Shown piece after piece: positions 29,659 to 40,556 of a stretch of DNA of 64,000 nucleotides. Each line of letters opens with the position of its first letter. Position 1 is the stretch's first letter. The DNA is taken from contig JBEIPA010000002.1 in assembly GCA_040377305.1 (NCBI GenBank), forward strand, positions 128,001-192,000, in the 5' to 3' direction. This stretch comes from Flavobacteriales bacterium. GTDB lineage: Bacteria > Bacteroidota > Bacteroidia > Palsa-965. The notes beneath the pieces are model-generated. The model was given only the letters and a program-made list of their open reading frames with translations. It had not been told where the DNA came from and did no database searches. A program made the translations under genes and the position numbers.

Positions 29659-30993
29659 TTAAAGTGAACGAACTGCATTCTTAAACTGACGCCCGCGATC
29701 TTCATAATTTTCAAAAAGGTCGAAACTTGCGCAAGCGGGTGACAACAATACAGTGTCGCCCTTTTTCGCAAGTCGATACGAGAGGTTCACAGCTTCCTGA
29801 GCAGATCCCGCTTCGACGATGTTCTCAACTTTATCTCCAAACGCGGCAATGATCTTTGAATTGTCTGTGCCAAGGCAAACGATAGCATGCACTTTCGTCT
29901 GAACAAGTTCAAACAACTGACTGTAGTCGTTCCCTTTGTCGACACCGCCAACAATCCAAACAATGGATCCATTAACGCTTTCAAGTGCGTACCATGTAGA
30001 ATTTACATTAGTAGCCTTTGAATCATTTACCCAATCAATGTTATTGATACGGCCAACTGGTTCGAGGCGATGTTCAACACTCTGAAAGTCGGAAAGACTT
30101 TCACGTATTGCCTCTTTGCGCACTTCAACAAGACGTGCAGCGATGCCTGCTGCCATTGAATTGTATGCGTTGTGCCTTCCTTGTAATGCGAGTTCTTCGA
30201 TGTTCATAGTTAGCGGGTTGTTATTAGCGTTAATTGTTATCTGATTATTGGATATGTATGCGCCTGGATTAGGTTCTTTTAGGAGCGAGAATGGAAACTG
30301 CTTTGCGATGATGGTGCGTGACTGAATTTCTTTAGCAGAAACTTCATCATCGAGACACCAGATCAATGCATCGTCGGAAGTCTGATTCTGAATGATGCGC
30401 AATTTCGATGCAGCATAGTTTTCCATTTTGTATTCGTAGCGGTCGAGGTGATCAGGAGTAATATTTGTGATCACTGCAACATGGGCACGAAACGTAAACA
30501 TGTCGTCGAGCTGATAGCTGCTGAGTTCAAGTACAAAATATTCGTACTTGTTCTCTGAAACGAGCTGTGCAAAACTGTGTCCTACGTTTCCACCCAATGC
30601 CACATTATACCCTGCTTTGTGCAGGATGTGGTGAATGAGTGTTGCGGTAGTTGTTTTGCCATTGCTGCCTGTTACACAAATCATTTTTGCGTTTGTGTAA
30701 CGACCTGCGAACTCAATTTCAGATATCACCGGAATTCCTTTTGCTTTGATTTTTTGAATCATCGCAACTGTGGGTGGAATTCCCGGACTCTTAACAACTT
30801 CATCGGCATTCAGAATGAGATCTTCAGTATGCTGAAGCTCTTCCCATTCAATTCCAAGATTTAAAAGAACGTCTTTGTACTTCTGTTTAATTGCACTTTT
30901 ATCTGAAACAAATACTTCGTATCCCTTTTGCTTCGCCAGCACTGCGGTTCCGGTACCACTCTCTCCTGCTCCAAGGATCACCAACCGCTTCAT
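29659..30993 (-). CDS. murD: UDP-N-acetylmuramoyl-L-alanine--D-glutamate ligase
   Basis: GAGESG, VTGSNGKTTT, ELSSYQL, DHLDRY, NDSKATN, SPACASFD. Confidence 0.98.
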   Translation of the reverse strand: MKRLVILGAGESGTGTAVLAKQKGYEVFVSDKSAIKQKYKDVLLNLGIEWEELQHTEDLILNADEVVKSPGIPPTVAMIQKIKAKGIPVISEIEFAGRYTNAKMICVTGSNGKTTTATLIHHILHKAGYNVALGGNVGHSFAQLVSENKYEYFVLELSSYQLDDMFTFRAHVAVITNITPDHLDRYEYKMENYAASKLRIIQNQTSDDALIWCLDDEVSAKEIQSRTIIAKQFPFSLLKEPNPGAYISNNQITINANNNPLTMNIEELALQGRHNAYNSMAAGIAARLVEVRKEAIRESLSDFQSVEHRLEPVGRINNIDWVNDSKATNVNSTWYALESVNGSIVWIVGGVDKGNDYSQLFELVQTKVHAIVCLGTDNSKIIAAFGDKVENIVEAGSAQEAVNLSYRLAKKGDTVLLSPACASFDLFENYEDRGRQFKNAVRSL

Positions 30994-30996
30994 GTG

Positions 30997-32265
30997 CTAT
31001 CGCAGTTTTAACGTGACAATCGCCAATACACCAAGCATGATTCCGATAATCCAAAAGCGGTTTACAATTTTTGATTCGTGGTAACCCTTTTTCTGGTAAT
31101 GGTGGTGAAGTGGTGACATCAAAAACAACCTGTTTGCTTTCGCGTAGTCCGCACCAAATTTTTTCTTGCGATACTTAAACACCGCAACCTGGAGCACCAC
31201 AGAAACATTCTCCACGAGGAATACACCACAGATAATCGGGATGAGTAATTCTTTTCTGATTGCAATTGCAAACACTGCGATGATTCCACCCAATGCAAGG
31301 CTCCCGGTATCTCCCATGAACACCTGCGCCGGATAAGAGTTGTACCACAGGAATCCAACACATGCACCAATGAATGCAGCGATGAAGATTACCAACTCTC
31401 CCGTATCAGGGATATACATGATGTTGAGGTAATCAGAGAAAATGGTGTTGCCTGATACATACGCGAGTATCCCCAGAATTACTCCGATGATTGCCGATGT
31501 TCCTGCAGCCAGTCCATCAATTCCATCTGTGACATTCGCACCATTAGAAACAGCAGTGATTATGAAGATCACGATCGGAATAAAAATAATCCACGACCAT
31601 TCACACGCTTTCTCACCAAACACACACATAATTTGTGCGTAGTCGAATTCATTATTCTTTACAAATGGAATTGTCGTAACCAGAGAATGTTTTTCCTCGG
31701 TATACTGTGCGGGAGTTATCACGGTGGAAGTTATTCCCGAATCCAAATTCATTTTGAACTGATCCGTTGAAGCAGGAGCAATCTTCTCCTTCACCACAAC
31801 AGCATCATTGAAGTACAGTGTGCATCCTACGATTAGTCCAAGGACGATTTGTCCCAATACTTTGAATTTTCCGTGTAGACCCTTTTTGTCCTTCTTGAAA
31901 ACTTTGATGTAGTCATCGAGAAATCCGATCATACCTAGCCAAATCGTGGTGATGATCATGAGGATGATGTAAACGTTTTCGAGTCGTGCAAAAAGAAGAG
32001 TTGGGATGATGATTGCACCCAGAATGATCAATCCACCCATTGTTGGTGTTCCTTCTTTTTCTTTCTGACCTGCTAATCCAAGTTCACGTACAGTTTCTCC
32101 AACCTGTTTACGACGAAGCATGTCGATGATGCGTTTGCCAAACAGCATGGAAATAACGAGCGAAGTAATCAACGCAAACGCCGCGCGGAAAGAGATGTAC
32201 TTAAACACTCCTGCTCCCGGAAAATCGAAAGCATCATTCAACCACGTGAAGAGATAGTATAACAT
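30997..32265 (-). CDS. mraY: Phospho-N-acetylmuramoyl-pentapeptide transferase
   Basis: [37 protein letters not shown]. Confidence 0.98.
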   Translation of the reverse strand: MLYYLFTWLNDAFDFPGAGVFKYISFRAAFALITSLVISMLFGKRIIDMLRRKQVGETVRELGLAGQKEKEGTPTMGGLIILGAIIIPTLLFARLENVYIILMIITTIWLGMIGFLDDYIKVFKKDKKGLHGKFKVLGQIVLGLIVGCTLYFNDAVVVKEKIAPASTDQFKMNLDSGITSTVITPAQYTEEKHSLVTTIPFVKNNEFDYAQIMCVFGEKACEWSWIIFIPIVIFIITAVSNGANVTDGIDGLAAGTSAIIGVILGILAYVSGNTIFSDYLNIMYIPDTGELVIFIAAFIGACVGFLWYNSYPAQVFMGDTGSLALGGIIAVFAIAIRKELLIPIICGVFLVENVSVVLQVAVFKYRKKKFGADYAKANRLFLMSPLHHHYQKKGYHESKIVNRFWIIGIMLGVLAIVTLKLR

Positions 32266-33728
32266 TATGCGTTGGCGTTTTTCAATGATTCACGTACTAC
32301 ATTCATATCGTCGAAAGGATGTTTCACTCCTTTGATCTCCTGATACTTTTCATGACCCTTACCTGCAACAAGTACAATGTCACCTGGCTTAGCCAATGCA
32401 ATTGCTGTTCTGATTGCTTCCTTACGATCAACAATGCTGATTACATTGCGTTCGTATTTTACTTCGACTCCCGTTTTCATTTCTTCCAAAATCGCTTCCG
32501 GTGATTCGGAACGCGGATTGTCGGAAGTGAATACTACACGATTGCTTAGTTCACAAACAATCGAAGCCATTACCGGACGCTTAGCGCGATCACGATCTCC
32601 ACCACATCCCACTACAGTGATCACTTGTTCATTCCCTGTCCGGATATCACGGATAGTTCCGAGTACATTTTTCAAAGCATCAGGCGTGTGTGCGTAATCA
32701 ACAATTGCTGTGATTCCGCTTTCACTTCTGAAATACTGAAAGCGACCTTCGACAGGACTGAGCGTGCTCAGCGTTGTAAGCACATTCAGTTTCTCTTGCC
32801 CAAGCAAAATCGCTGTTGCATATACGGCCAGCATATTACTTGCATTGAAGCTGCCGATGAGCTTACTCCACATTTCAGTGCCATCAATATTGAGATGCAA
32901 TCCTGAAAATTGATTTTCCAGAATGCGACAGTGATAATCTGCAGCAGCACGAATGGAGAAGCTACGTTTTAGTGCTTTTGTATTCTGAACCATCACCGAC
33001 CCATGTGCATCGTCCTTATTCACGAGAGCAAAAGCCGATGAAGGCAACATATCAAAGAATCCCTTTTTAGCTTTTATGTAAGCGTCGAAAGTTCCGTGGT
33101 AATCGAGGTGATCGTGTGTGATGTTGGTGAACACACCGCCCGCGAAATTGAGTGCAGCTATTCTGTGCTGAACAACCGAGTGTGAGCTCACCTCCATGAA
33201 TGCGTATTTGCAACCCGCGTCAACCATCATCTTCAACATGCGATTCACTTCAATTGCATCCGGAGTTGTATGCGTTGCTGGAATTTCTTCCGTGTTGATC
33301 ATGTTGCGTACGGTAGTGAACATTCCCGTTTTAATGTTCAATGCACGGAATAACTGAAACAGAAGTGTTACTGTTGTCGTTTTTCCGTTTGTTCCCGTAA
33401 TGCCGATGAGCTTGAGAGATTCAGATGGCTGGTCGTAATAATTCGCAGCCATGTAACCGAGTGCAACAGACGAATCGTTTACGCGCACGTAACTAATCTT
33501 TTCGTTGAGGTTTTCCGGCAGCTTCTCGCACACAATTGCAATAGCTCCGAGTTCAATTGCTTTATCAATGAACGTGTGACCATCGCTTTGCGTTCCTTTG
33601 ATGGCAACAAACAAAGAATCCTTTGCCACCTTACGTGAATCGAAAGTGATAGAGGTCACGGCAATATTCGTTGACCCGTGTACTTCCTGCAGGTTGGTTT
33701 TATAGAGTATGTCGCGTAACAATTTCAT
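32265..33728 (-). CDS. murE: UDP-MurNAc-dipeptide--meso-DAP ligase
   Basis: [34 protein letters not shown] (DAP-specific motif), AGKGHE. Confidence 0.98.
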   Translation of the reverse strand: MKLLRDILYKTNLQEVHGSTNIAVTSITFDSRKVAKDSLFVAIKGTQSDGHTFIDKAIELGAIAIVCEKLPENLNEKISYVRVNDSSVALGYMAANYYDQPSESLKLIGITGTNGKTTTVTLLFQLFRALNIKTGMFTTVRNMINTEEIPATHTTPDAIEVNRMLKMMVDAGCKYAFMEVSSHSVVQHRIAALNFAGGVFTNITHDHLDYHGTFDAYIKAKKGFFDMLPSSAFALVNKDDAHGSVMVQNTKALKRSFSIRAAADYHCRILENQFSGLHLNIDGTEMWSKLIGSFNASNMLAVYATAILLGQEKLNVLTTLSTLSPVEGRFQYFRSESGITAIVDYAHTPDALKNVLGTIRDIRTGNEQVITVVGCGGDRDRAKRPVMASIVCELSNRVVFTSDNPRSESPEAILEEMKTGVEVKYERNVISIVDRKEAIRTAIALAKPGDIVLVAGKGHEKYQEIKGVKHPFDDMNVVRESLKNANA

Positions 33729-35860
33729 ATTGACAATTCGAGCACTACTTCGTTTCCTATTGAGATTTTTTCTCCGGCATTAATCGATTGTTTCTTTACA
33801 GTACCAGCACCTTTCACTTTGACTTTTATGCCGCGATTCTCAAGCAGGAATACAGCATCACTTGCATTCATTCCGCGCACGTCAGGCATAACACCTTTCT
33901 GCAATTGTTCATCGGGCGCAGATCCTTTTACTTCGAGTGAATTTGTTGCCGTCTGAACCACTACGAAATCGGAATTACCAATCGCGCCGTTTCCGTTTAC
34001 TTTCTGCTGGAGAAACGACATTGCCGCGAGTGTTGGAGCCGTAAGGCCTTTCTTCACCACCGGTTGCTGATTCAATGTGTCCTTCGAAAAATTAATTGGA
34101 GTGTGAATGTCAAACTCAGTTGCATAAACCCGATCTGCAATCTGTTTGAATACCGGGCCTGCAACTTTACCACCGTAGTAAACATCATTCGATGGAGCGT
34201 TCACAATTACAATGCAGGTGTACTTCGGCTTATCAGCCGGAAAGTATCCAACGAATGAAGCCTGATACGTTACACCATTTACACCCTTGTACTGAGAACC
34301 GTTTGCTATCTGCGCTGTACCGGTTTTTCCTGCGATCAGGTATACCGTATTCTTCATGCTTTCCGCTGTTCCATTCTGAACAACACCCTCCAACAGCTTC
34401 TTCGCATTCTTAATCGTTTCGGGTTTCGCTATGGCAGGATTCAGAACTACGGGATCGAAGTATTTCACGACCTGACCTTTTTCGCGAATCTCTTTGACGA
34501 ACATTGGTTTCATCATCACGCCATCATTCGCCACTGCATTGTACAGTGTGAGTGTTTGCATGGGGGTGATGAGTGATTCATAACCGATGGAGATCCACGG
34601 CAAAGAAGTTCCTGACCAGCCTTTTTCATTGGCGTTACGAATCATTGACTTGCCTTCGCCTTTGATTTCAATTCCCAGTGAATCGCCGAAACGCAAACGA
34701 TGTAAACCATCAGTGAAGACACGCGGCTCACCTTTGTAAGCGTTCGTGATTAGGCGTGAAATACCCACGTTTGATGATTCCCAAAAGGCTTCTTCTGCAG
34801 TAACAACTTCTTTCTTGGGTTCGTGCGAATCTTTCATTGTACGATCGTAGTACTTGAATGCACCGCCGTTCAGTTCAACTTCATCCGTGAGTGACAATCT
34901 GCCGTCGTCCATTGCAACGAGATAAGAAGCCAGCTTGAATGTTGATCCGGGTTCTTGTGCGTCTGCAATTGCGTAATTGAAATCCTCAACATACTCTCCG
35001 GAATCGCGGCGTGTAAGATTTGCAATGGCTCGAATCTCTCCGGTCTGTACTTCCATCAACACGACACAACCGTATTTAGCGTTGTGTTCAGCGAGTGCAT
35101 TCAGCAATGCATTCTCTGCAACATCCTGAATGTTGATGTCAATTGTAGTAACAATGTCGCGACCGTGTTTCGGTTCAATTTCATTCTCGTTATTGAGCGG
35201 CATCCAAACGCCACCAGCAATTCGGCGCATAAGTCGTTTACCACTCACGCCGGTAAGCACAGAATCGTACGCACCTTCGAGTCCAACACGTACACGCCCA
35301 CTGTCACCGATGTAACCAATGGTGCGCGATGCGAGCATTCGGAAAGGACGTTCGCGTTTGTTTGTTTGCACGTAGATTAAACCGCCTTTGTACTGACCGA
35401 GACGGAAAAGCGGAAAGTCTTTGATTTGTTCGAGTTCAACCTGCGAAACATTGCGTGCCAGCAGGAGATACTGCGCTGTGTCTCTTCGCGCCTTCATAAT
35501 CGAGCGGAAATAAGTGTCGGCATCTTTTGCAGGCAACAATGCAGCAAGCCTTCCGGAAAGGAGACGAACGCTGTCTTCAAATGCGGCATCGTCAATGCTT
35601 TGATTCGCATTTGGATCGATCGCTACTTCGTAATACGGTGAAGAAATTGCGAGAACAGTTGAGCCGTCCACTGCAAAAATATTTCCGCGTACTGCTTCAA
35701 CATCAATTTCACGAATGGTGTGTCTCTCTGCTTCCGCTTTCCAGTAATCGCCTTGTGCAAACTGGATATAACATACGCGACCGATTACAGTTAGTGCAAA
35801 TACACAGCACAAACCGTAAACGATGTACACACGACGCAATATGTCTTTCTTCTCTTCCAT
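33725..35860 (-). CDS. ftsI: Class B PBP (FtsI/PBP3) with C-terminal PASTA domain
   Basis: N-terminal TM, RGNI, EPGSTFK (SxxK), SSN (SxN), KTGTAQ, MPDVRGM PASTA. Confidence 0.95.
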   Translation of the reverse strand: MEEKKDILRRVYIVYGLCCVFALTVIGRVCYIQFAQGDYWKAEAERHTIREIDVEAVRGNIFAVDGSTVLAISSPYYEVAIDPNANQSIDDAAFEDSVRLLSGRLAALLPAKDADTYFRSIMKARRDTAQYLLLARNVSQVELEQIKDFPLFRLGQYKGGLIYVQTNKRERPFRMLASRTIGYIGDSGRVRVGLEGAYDSVLTGVSGKRLMRRIAGGVWMPLNNENEIEPKHGRDIVTTIDINIQDVAENALLNALAEHNAKYGCVVLMEVQTGEIRAIANLTRRDSGEYVEDFNYAIADAQEPGSTFKLASYLVAMDDGRLSLTDEVELNGGAFKYYDRTMKDSHEPKKEVVTAEEAFWESSNVGISRLITNAYKGEPRVFTDGLHRLRFGDSLGIEIKGEGKSMIRNANEKGWSGTSLPWISIGYESLITPMQTLTLYNAVANDGVMMKPMFVKEIREKGQVVKYFDPVVLNPAIAKPETIKNAKKLLEGVVQNGTAESMKNTVYLIAGKTGTAQIANGSQYKGVNGVTYQASFVGYFPADKPKYTCIVIVNAPSNDVYYGGKVAGPVFKQIADRVYATEFDIHTPINFSKDTLNQQPVVKKGLTAPTLAAMSFLQQKVNGNGAIGNSDFVVVQTATNSLEVKGSAPDEQLQKGVMPDVRGMNASDAVFLLENRGIKVKVKGAGTVKKQSINAGEKISIGNEVVLELSI

Positions 35861-36261
35861 TATTCTGGCAATTCCTTCACTGAAATCAGGAACGGAGGAT
35901 CTATTTCAGATTCTTTTAATCCAAGTGGTAATGCACGCAGTTTAACCGCCTGCCGTTCACTAACAATTGTCAGTGCTGATTTTGATGTGATGTAATCTGA
36001 GCGCAGTTGCTTGAGCTCACGTGCTAAATCATTCTGTCTGCGAATCTGTCCTTCACCATAATATCCGTTCGCTATGTAGAGCAAGACAACGAGCGTGAGG
36101 AAGAACATAAACGGCAACGCATTGACTGCTGAATCTTTAGAGAGGAAGGATCCGCTCATTACTGAGCCGATTGTACGGGTGACGACGTTACCGCCGCCGC
36201 CTTTTCCCTGCTTCGGCTTTACTTCTTCTGTTGGCTTCTCTTTTGCTGTATTCTTTGTCAT
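35860..36261 (-). CDS. ftsL: FtsL-like division protein
   Basis: Single TM (LPFMFFL...YIANGY) followed by coiled coil ELKQLRSDY; between rsmH and ftsI. Confidence 0.82.
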   Translation of the reverse strand: MTKNTAKEKPTEEVKPKQGKGGGGNVVTRTIGSVMSGSFLSKDSAVNALPFMFFLTLVVLLYIANGYYGEGQIRRQNDLARELKQLRSDYITSKSALTIVSERQAVKLRALPLGLKESEIDPPFLISVKELPE

Positions 36262-36285
36262 ACCCGCTTCCTGCGGTTTACTTCA

Positions 36286-37203
36286 TCATTCGCGATGGTG
36301 AAGGTTTTTGGTTGCTACTCTCATCTTCGCGCTTCGTGCGCGCGTATTGTGTTCAATTTCTTCGTCCGATGGAACAACTGGTTTTGATTCCAGCGGCTCG
36401 AGCGGTCTGATCAGATTTCCGTAGAAATCTTTTTCCTGATTTCCTTCAAAGCTTCCTGAGCGGAAATAATTCTTCACCAATCTGTCTTCCAGTGAGTGGT
36501 AAGAAATCACCACAAACCTTCCACCATCTACAAGCACATCTGTTGCTTGTGAAATCATCTCACGCAACACTTCAAGTTCTGCGTTCACTTCAATCCGCAA
36601 AGCCTGAAACACTTTTGCCATGTATTGGTTCTCCTTTCCTCTTCTGGAAAGTGGAGTGAGAATTTGTCTCAGCTGCTCAATAGTTTCAATTGATCCATTG
36701 CAGCGCGCTTCAACTATTTTCTTTACCAGTAATCCGGCATTCTCAACTTCACCATACAGTCGAAACATGTGTTTCATATCCTGAGGATCGTAAGTATTGA
36801 GAATTACTTCTGCGGTGAGAGAACTTTGCTGATTCATTCTCATATCCAGCGGACCATCGAATCGGATTGAGAAACCACGATCTGCGGTGTCGAACTGGTG
36901 AGAAGAAACTCCAAGATCAGCGAGTACTCCATTCACGCTTGTGATTCCTAATTCATGAAGAGAACTTTTCAGTTCGCTGAAATTTTTCTTCACCAATGTG
37001 AATCGTGGATCGTCGGGTGTATTCTTCACCGCATCGTCATCCTGATCAAACGCGATGAGCTTTCCAGCTGCACCGAGTCTCTTCAGAATTTCTTTTGAGT
37101 GACCACCGCCTCCGAATGTAACGTCGACGTAAACTCCTTCCGGTAATATGCCCAGGGCTTCCAGGCTCTCATGTAAAAGAACGGACCTATGGTAAGTCGA
37201 CAT
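36286..37203 (-). CDS. rsmH: 16S rRNA m4C1402 methyltransferase RsmH (MraW)
   Basis: YHRSVLL, DVTFGGGGHS, ADLGVSSHQFD, FQALRIEVN, SYHSLEDR, RARSAK; start moved to ATG 37203. Confidence 0.97.
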   Translation of the reverse strand: MSTYHRSVLLHESLEALGILPEGVYVDVTFGGGGHSKEILKRLGAAGKLIAFDQDDDAVKNTPDDPRFTLVKKNFSELKSSLHELGITSVNGVLADLGVSSHQFDTADRGFSIRFDGPLDMRMNQQSSLTAEVILNTYDPQDMKHMFRLYGEVENAGLLVKKIVEARCNGSIETIEQLRQILTPLSRRGKENQYMAKVFQALRIEVNAELEVLREMISQATDVLVDGGRFVVISYHSLEDRLVKNYFRSGSFEGNQEKDFYGNLIRPLEPLESKPVVPSDEEIEHNTRARSAKMRVATKNLHHRE

Positions 37204-37666
37204 CTTCGGCCTTGTTACCCATGCTACCCATAACATCTTCTGCGAGTGAACCGAAGTCAACAGCCGGATCATTGATGGCTGCCTCGTAACGGTCTTTGTC
37301 CCAGATTTCAATCATGTTCACAGCTGCCGACATCACGATGTTCTTGCCGATACCAGCGAACGTCATCAGATCCTTCGGCACCAGGATTCTTCCTGAGCTG
37401 TCGAGTTCAACCGGCTTAACACCTGCATTGAACATCCGTATGAAGTCCACGTTCTTTTTCTTGAAGCGATTTAATTTGTTCACGTCTTTCACGAGAGCGT
37501 CCCATTCACTCATCGGATATAATTCGAGACACTTGTGAAACACGCTACGCTTCACGACAAATCCTTTATCGAGAACTGGCGTTAACTGCTTCTTGAATGC
37601 AACAGGAAGCAGTAGACGCGCTTTCGCGTCGACACTGCATTCATATACACCGAGAAGACTGGTCAT
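37187..37666 (-). CDS. mraZ: Transcriptional regulator MraZ
   Basis: Two AbrB-like repeats: VDAKARLLLP and LDSSGRILVP, EIWD; first gene of the dcw cluster. Confidence 0.95.
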   Translation of the reverse strand: MTSLLGVYECSVDAKARLLLPVAFKKQLTPVLDKGFVVKRSVFHKCLELYPMSEWDALVKDVNKLNRFKKKNVDFIRMFNAGVKPVELDSSGRILVPKDLMTFAGIGKNIVMSAAVNMIEIWDKDRYEAAINDPAVDFGSLAEDVMGSMGNKAEDVDLP

Positions 37667-37685
37667 TTTGTAGCTGTTTCAGTGG

Positions 37686-37751
37686 CTAAAATTATGCATT
37701 AAATCCCCACTATTTCCCACAATATACCACTTTTGTTGATAACTCTCCCAC
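37686..37751 (-). promoter_or_regulatory. dcw promoter with MraZ-type GTGG boxes
   Basis: GTGG boxes on - (CCAC on + at 37707, 37717, 37727, 37748), the first three exactly 10 nt apart, upstream of a -7-like TAATTTTAG at 37694-37686. Confidence 0.75.
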
Positions 37752-38082
37752 TCTTCACAGATTTTATGTTCTGAAGCTTTGTATCATGCACACGTAAAGC
37801 CCAATGTTATCAATGGCTTCAGCGGTTTTCGTTCCGGTTAAACGCGGTGGGAGGAACTTAAAACCGACTCAGGATTATCAACATTTGAAGGCGCTTTTAT
37901 GTTCCACGAAAAAAGTGACGCCAATCTGCTGTAAGCCCTGCTATTATTACGTTTCAGAGGATCGATCCGGCCAGAAAGCCAGATTATCGCAATTTTGACA
38001 AAATCCACCAAAAAGTAAGATTTTATTGATATTTCAATGATTTTGAAGAAAATCAAACTGATTCGCAAACAGAAAAACACGG

Positions 38083-38090
38083 TACTTTTG
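38083..38090 (+). promoter_or_regulatory. -7 element TAnnTTTG immediately before the acyltransferase gene
   Basis: TACTTTTG, 5 nt before ATG 38096. Confidence 0.6.
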
Positions 38091-38095
38091 TAAAC

Positions 38096-38929
38096 ATGAG
38101 TTCGCAGAAATTTGTTGATGTAGAAAAGATTATCGGGTCGAAAAACCCGCGGCTACTCAAATGGATGCCGGGATTTCTGCTACGCTATATCAAACGCATT
38201 CTGCATGAAGGCGAGGTAAATGAATTCATGGCGAAGCATGGGCATTTACGTGATTTCGATTTTATTCGCCAGGTGATCGAGTTCATGCGTTTGACGGTCG
38301 TTGTAAAAGGTTTGGAAAACCTTCCTGCAACCGGAGGCTTTATTCTCGCGGCGAATCATCCGCTTGGTGGATTAGATGGAATTGCACTCATGCATGCGGT
38401 CGGAGAAAAACGCAAAGACATTCGCTTTTTGGTCAACGACATTCTGCTCTATCTCGGTACCATGGACAACCTTTTTGTGCCGGTGAACAAGCATGGCAAT
38501 CAACAGGCAAAAGAGAAAATTGAAAAAGCTTACAGCTCCGAAAACGCTATTCTGATTTTTCCGTCGGGATTGGTTTCGAGGAAAAATCAAGGAGTGATCA
38601 GCGATCTCGAATGGAAGAAAAGCTTCATTGTAAAATCACAGCAGTACAAACAACAGGTTGTACCCTGCTTTATTGACGGAAAAAACTCCAACTGGTTTTA
38701 CAACCTGTCGCTTTGGAGACGGAGACTTGGAATAAAAGCGAATATCGAGATGTTCTATCTTGCTGATGAAATGTTCAAACAACGCGATCACACAATTACC
38801 ATTATCTTTGATAAACCGATTCCGAGCACACGTTTTACGCAGATTCACAACCCAAAACAATGGGCGGCAAAAATGAAAGATCATGTGTACGATCTGGGAG
38901 CCGGTAATAAAGGTTTGTTTGCAGAATAG
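38096..38929 (+). CDS. glsA: PlsC-family O-acyltransferase, probable glycine-lipid GlsA
   Basis: NHPLGGLDG (HxxxxD), FPSGLVSR, WKKSF; paired with a GNAT gene next to mraZ. Confidence 0.75.
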   Translation: MSSQKFVDVEKIIGSKNPRLLKWMPGFLLRYIKRILHEGEVNEFMAKHGHLRDFDFIRQVIEFMRLTVVVKGLENLPATGGFILAANHPLGGLDGIALMHAVGEKRKDIRFLVNDILLYLGTMDNLFVPVNKHGNQQAKEKIEKAYSSENAILIFPSGLVSRKNQGVISDLEWKKSFIVKSQQYKQQVVPCFIDGKNSNWFYNLSLWRRRLGIKANIEMFYLADEMFKQRDHTITIIFDKPIPSTRFTQIHNPKQWAAKMKDHVYDLGAGNKGLFAE

Positions 38930-38941
38930 CACACTGAACTG

Positions 38942-39892
38942 ATGGAAGACATGAAAGACATCATTGCACCAGTGGACCGTTCACTTCTCTTACGCGAGTT
39001 GAACAACAATACATTTGTGCGTACTGCTAATAACGGCGATAATCTAATCTACATAGTTAACGCGCACAATTCCCCGAACACACTTCGTGAAATCGGTCGT
39101 TTGCGCGAGCTTACATTCCGCGCAGCTGGCGGTGGCACCGGTCTTGATTGTGATCTCGATGATTTCGATACCTGCGAGAAATGCTATGAGCAACTCGTGG
39201 TTTGGAATCCTGATGACCAGGAAATTGTGGGTGGCTACCGCTTCATTCGTTGTGCAGAAGCCCGACAGTCCGATGGAAATTATCATCTCGCCACTACAGA
39301 ACTTTTTTCTTTCAGCGAGAAATTCAAGAACGAATATCTGCCGCATAGCATTGAGCTTGGCAGATCGTTTGTCCAGCCGCAATATCAGCCTTCCGTGAAC
39401 AACCGAAAAGGATTGTTCTCACTTGACAATTTATGGGACGGACTTGGTGCATTAACAGTCGACAATCCGGACATCACTTACTTCTTCGGCAAGGTGACAA
39501 CCTATCGTCATTTCAATATTAAAGCGCGCGATTATATTCTTCGTTTCATGGAACATTATTTTCCGGATGACGAAACATTGTGCTGGCCGCATGCTGTAGT
39601 TCAACCAACAGCTGATACCGCAGCATTCGTGCAGGACCTCGAAGGCAAAGATTATAAGGAAGGTCACAAAACACTCAACACCCTCGTGCGTTCACTTGGA
39701 GAGAATATTCCACCGCTGGTAAATGCGTACATGAATCTCAGTGCTACTATGAAAACTTTTGGCACTGCAGTGAATGATGAATTCGGCGATGTGGATGAAA
39801 CCGGTATCCTTGTGAAGATCGCAGATATTTATCCGACGAAAAAAGAACGTCATGTAAATTCTTACACGCCGGAAAAAAAGGATGGATTGTGA
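38942..39892 (+). CDS. glsB: GNAT (OlsB-like) N-acyltransferase, probable glycine-lipid GlsB
   Basis: REIGRLRELTFRAAGGGTG..DLDDFD, GGYR, IELGRSFV, LDNLWDGLG, IPPLVNAY. Confidence 0.78.
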   Translation: MEDMKDIIAPVDRSLLLRELNNNTFVRTANNGDNLIYIVNAHNSPNTLREIGRLRELTFRAAGGGTGLDCDLDDFDTCEKCYEQLVVWNPDDQEIVGGYRFIRCAEARQSDGNYHLATTELFSFSEKFKNEYLPHSIELGRSFVQPQYQPSVNNRKGLFSLDNLWDGLGALTVDNPDITYFFGKVTTYRHFNIKARDYILRFMEHYFPDDETLCWPHAVVQPTADTAAFVQDLEGKDYKEGHKTLNTLVRSLGENIPPLVNAYMNLSATMKTFGTAVNDEFGDVDETGILVKIADIYPTKKERHVNSYTPEKKDGL

Positions 39893-40491
39893 AAATAAAT
39901 TCAGCTATTTATTTACAGAGTTGTGTAAAGGTGGACACGTGTCCGAAACCTGATAAACCGGAGTTTGCGTTTATCGGACGTTCAAACGTGGGAAAGTCAT
40001 CGTTGATCAATATGCTCACCGGGAAACACGGCCTGGCAAAAGTTGCTACGCGTCCGGGAAAAACTCAAGTGATCAATCACTTTGTAATTAACGACGAATG
40101 GTTTCTCGTCGATTTACCCGGATACGGTTACGCGAAAGTTTCCAAAGACAAAAGAGCCGGGTTCGATCGTATGATCACGGAGTACATTCGCAAGCGCCCG
40201 AATCTGCTTTCTCTATTTGTGTTGATTGACAGTCGTATTCCGCCGCAGGAACTTGATCTCACTTTTCTTCGCAATCTTGGCGACAACCAAATTACATTCA
40301 GCATTGTATTTACCAAGTGCGACAAATTGGGGACGACAAAGCTGAAGAAGCATATCGAAGCCTATAAGAAAGTATTACTCGAAGAATGGGAAGAAGTTCC
40401 CAATCACTATTTGTCTTCAGCAGAAAACGCAATGGGACGTAAAGAAATTCTCGGCTTTATTAAGGAGAGCATGAAGTATTTCGAAATCTAA
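39889..40491 (+). CDS. yihA: GTP-binding protein YihA/EngB
   Basis: GRSNVGKSS, PGKT, DLPGYGYA, TKCDK; GTG start overlapping the upstream stop. Confidence 0.97.
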   Translation: MKINSAIYLQSCVKVDTCPKPDKPEFAFIGRSNVGKSSLINMLTGKHGLAKVATRPGKTQVINHFVINDEWFLVDLPGYGYAKVSKDKRAGFDRMITEYIRKRPNLLSLFVLIDSRIPPQELDLTFLRNLGDNQITFSIVFTKCDKLGTTKLKKHIEAYKKVLLEEWEEVPNHYLSSAENAMGRKEILGFIKESMKYFEI

Positions 40492-40500
40492 AACGCCGCA

Positions 40501-40536
40501 CCCCAACCCCTTTCCCAAGGAGAGGGAATATTTTTG
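40501..40536 (+). repeat. CCCT(C/T)TCC...GGAGAGGG hairpin, REP-like or terminator
   Basis: CCCCAAC-CCCTTTCC-CAA-GGAGAGGG then AATATTTTTT between convergent genes. Confidence 0.45.
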
Positions 40537-40556
40537 TGAGCTGTGCCGGATTTTTT

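Noticed and set aside
30997-33728. No murF in the dcw cluster, and a long periplasmic loop in MraY
   Set aside because: Both are common in Bacteroidota dcw clusters.
37204-37311. Longer N-terminus of RsmH in the ORF track
   Set aside because: Overlaps mraZ by over 100 nt; family similarity begins at MSTYH (37203).
23365-37888. parS half-sites CGTGGAACA (ftsA-ftsZ gap) and TGTTCCACG (upstream of mraZ)
   Set aside because: Only half of the 16-bp palindrome matches in each case; could be chance.
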